This document shows, one piece after another, positions 44,979 through 46,988 of a DNA stretch of 46,988 bases. Source of the DNA: Bryobacteraceae bacterium (GTDB lineage: Bacteria > Acidobacteriota > Terriglobia > Bryobacterales > Bryobacteraceae); contig DATBID010000324.1 of NCBI GenBank assembly GCA_036557125.1, positions 1 through 46,988 of the forward strand, given 5' to 3'. Under the pieces are notes generated by a model that was not told the origin of the DNA, did no database searches, and saw only the letters and a program-made list of their open reading frames with translations. The position numbers and the translations under genes are program-made. Each line of letters starts with the position of its first letter. The stretch's first letter is position 1.

Positions 44979-46988
44979 AACTCCTTCTGGCTGCTCTCCT
45001 GATCTCCACTTGCCTCTGCGCCGCACCGCCCATACCGTTCAACTCGCAGGTAACTGGCTCAGGGCCGCTACGCGTAACATCTTCGGCGGATACCGTCACG
45101 GTCGAATGGCCGGATGCCACGGGCCGCACCTGGCGCGCGCAATTCTCGCTGGATCGGGACAAGCCCCTCATTACATCCATTAGTCTCCCCGGCCGGGAGC
45201 CTGTCATCCGCGACGCTACGCCCATCTACGATGGCGAGTTCGGCCATCGGCGGGGCGGCTGGGACGAATTCTTCGACAATCCCTACCTGGCGCCAGAAGG
45301 CACACGGCGTCATCCCGGAGCACTCGAACTTACTTCCGGTCGCGCGCGTTCGGTCGGCGACCGCGTCGAAGTTTCCTTCGATTCTTTCCGCATGGGGCCC
45401 TTCCAGGGAGATCTCACTTTCGCCTTCTACCCCGGCAGCCGTCTCATCCAGATGGAAGCAGTCGCATCTACCGCCGAAGACAACCTCGCCTACTACTACA
45501 ACGCGGGCCTGCTGATGTCTGCCCCTTCGAAGGCCGGTGACGTCATGAATACCCAGGTATCCTACTTCGATACCGCCGGCCAGTTCCAAACCCTACGCTC
45601 CTCGGGCCCCGAGCGCAATCCTCTGAAAGTCCGCTACCGCGCGATTGCGTTGCGCACGCCCGGCGGAACCGTCGTGGCCTTTCCGGCGCCACATCAATAT
45701 TTCATGCCGCGCGATTTCTCGACCAACCTGGGGTTTACCTGGCATCTCGCCTGGCGCGGGCAGGCCGCGATCGGCATTCGCCAATATCCCGATGACAACT
45801 CTCCCTTCTATCCCTGGATGAACGCGCCGCCGGGCACACAACAGCGGATGAGCATTTTCCTCCTTGTAGATGATCGGGACGCCCGCGCCGCACTCGCGGA
45901 CACGCTGCGCTATACCCACGGCGACCGCTTCCCGCGCCTTGAGGGCTACCGCACCCTGACTTCGCACTGGCATCCAGATTTCACCGTGCAGGCTGTCGAA
46001 AACGGTCCGGACTGGGCGCCTCCGTTCAAACCCGTGTTTAAAGCGATGGGCGTGGATGCCGTGCTCATCTGCGACTATCACCTCGAAGGCCACCCCGATT
46101 CGCTCGAACCCATTCGCTTGCAGGAACTGGCTGCCTTATACAAAGCCACGCGCGCGCAGTCCGATGCCAACTTCCTGATCGTTCCCGGAGAGGAGCCGAA
46201 CGTGTGGCTCGGCGGGCATTTCGTCGCTGTATTTCCCAAGCCCGTGCTGTGGTTCAAGCAGCGCCCGAAAGGCACACCGCTCAAAACCATCGACCCCAAA
46301 TATGGAACGGTTTGGCACATCGGCAGTCCCGAAGAACTCATGCAGATGGTGCATGAAGAAGGCGGCTACGTTTATGAGGCGCATCCGCGCACCAAGGGCT
46401 CGAAGGGTTTTCCGGATGCTATCCGCAACTCCACATGGTTGCGCGACCCGCGCTATCTCGGCACAGGCTGGAAAGCGCTGCCCGCCGATCTATCTTCCCC
46501 GCGTTTAGGCGAGCGAGCGTTCAAAGTCCTCGATGACCTGAACAACTGGGGGCTCCACAAGCTCTTCATCGGCGAGGTGGATCTGTTTCAGGTCGATGGC
46601 ACGCACGAACTCTACGGTCACATGAACATAAACTACCTGCACCTGGCGCGCCTGCCCGATTTCGATCATTACGGAGAAGTGTTGCAGGCCATGGCTGCCG
46701 GCGATAGCTTCATCACTACGGGAGAAATTCTGCTGCCGCGCGTGAAATGGAATTCTGCGGAGGCAGGCAAACTCTCCGTTGACACGGACGCCAACTGGAC
46801 TTTCCCCCTGCGTATGGCGGAGATCGCTTGGGGCGATGGAACACGGACCGAGCGGAAAATCATCCCCATCGATAGTTCGCGCGAGTTTGGCAATTCCACC
46901 TTTCACTGGAGCACCGAAGCTCCTGGCTGGAAATGGGCGCGGATAGCCGTGTGGGACGTAGCGGGCGATGGCGCGTTCACGCAGCCTA
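44975..46988 (+). CDS. Secreted hypothetical protein, 3' end outside the window; C-terminal region has PHP-like metallohydrolase motifs. Not listed in the supplied ORF track.
   Basis: My manual translation from the ATG at 44975 (overlapping the kinase stop as ATGA) found no stop through nt 46988, at least 671 codons. Signal peptide MKLLLAALLISTCLCAAP. Ordered motifs SHWH, HLEGHPD, VPGEEP, EAHPR and DGTHELYGH. Confidence 0.7.
   Translation, partial: MKLLLAALLISTCLCAAPPIPFNSQVTGSGPLRVTSSADTVTVEWPDATGRTWRAQFSLDRDKPLITSISLPGREPVIRDATPIYDGEFGHRRGGWDEFFDNPYLAPEGTRRHPGALELTSGRARSVGDRVEVSFDSFRMGPFQGDLTFAFYPGSRLIQMEAVASTAEDNLAYYYNAGLLMSAPSKAGDVMNTQVSYFDTAGQFQTLRSSGPERNPLKVRYRAIALRTPGGTVVAFPAPHQYFMPRDFSTNLGFTWHLAWRGQAAIGIRQYPDDNSPFYPWMNAPPGTQQRMSIFLLVDDRDARAALADTLRYTHGDRFPRLEGYRTLTSHWHPDFTVQAVENGPDWAPPFKPVFKAMGVDAVLICDYHLEGHPDSLEPIRLQELAALYKATRAQSDANFLIVPGEEPNVWLGGHFVAVFPKPVLWFKQRPKGTPLKTIDPKYGTVWHIGSPEELMQMVHEEGGYVYEAHPRTKGSKGFPDAIRNSTWLRDPRYLGTGWKALPADLSSPRLGERAFKVLDDLNNWGLHKLFIGEVDLFQVDGTHELYGHMNINYLHLARLPDFDHYGEVLQAMAAGDSFITTGEILLPRVKWNSAEAGKLSVDTDANWTFPLRMAEIAWGDGTRTERKIIPIDSSREFGNSTFHWSTEAPGWKWARIAVWDVAGDGAFTQP

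Noticed and set aside
45068-46906. Minus-strand ORFs 45068-45589, 45593-46093, 46078-46384 and 46505-46906
   Set aside because: A single uninterrupted plus-strand frame from 44975 to the window end covers all of them. That frame has a signal peptide and coherent motifs, whereas the minus-strand ORFs are fragmented shadows.
1-46988. Looked for CRISPR arrays, IS elements or transposases, integrases, prophage genes, toxin-antitoxin pairs and known defence systems
   Set aside because: By eye I saw no regularly spaced direct repeats, no transposase, integrase or recombinase-like ORFs, and no recognisable defence-gene motifs. The YafY/WYL regulator is paired with a DinB-fold gene, not with a defence operon.

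Overview
This is a high-GC bacterial chromosomal segment with about 43 protein-coding genes. I recognised no rRNA, tRNA, CRISPR array or transposase/integrase gene. Several gene families suggest an Acidobacteriota-like genome, though this is inference only: an ADOP-type duplicated MacB/FtsX permease, a DUF1592/DUF1552 pair, CarboxypepD_reg repeat proteins, and a BlaR1-like M56 sensor fused to TonB-C domains.

The housekeeping genes are confidently recognisable: glgP, efp, glyA, proS, a cysteine desulfurase overlapping mnmA, and a lipid A-type acyltransferase. They are interleaved with accessory, stress and envelope genes. These include a subclass B3 metallo-beta-lactamase, a BlaI/BlaR1-like pair, MerR/TipA-like and YafY/WYL regulators, two DinB-fold proteins, phenylalanine 4-hydroxylase, a PQQ alcohol dehydrogenase, DUF4256, and a Tat-signal aldolase-like protein.

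The best candidate for an undescribed system is a tightly packed four-gene minus-strand operon at 31917-39702. It encodes a DUF1592/PSCyt protein, a DUF1552 protein, a secreted ankyrin-repeat protein and an orphan ADOP permease, with intergenic gaps of 11, 5 and 0 nt.

Other notable points:
- A hybrid histidine kinase has Gly in place of the phospho-acceptor His.
- That kinase overlaps (ATGA) a long secreted-protein ORF that runs off the window end and is missing from the supplied ORF track.
- A PHP-domain gene is frameshifted next to a T6 run.
- The PQQ dehydrogenase carries the WDxD motif associated with lanthanide dependence.
- A thioredoxin has a GCGGC active site and sits in a low-GC patch.
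- The blaI-like gene has a near-consensus, apparently leaderless promoter/operator.
- A 26-nt palindrome between glyA and proS appears to be two back-to-back extended -10 promoters.

Many long ORFs in the track are antisense shadow ORFs typical of high-GC DNA and were rejected. All functional calls rest on motifs read by eye. No database search was run.
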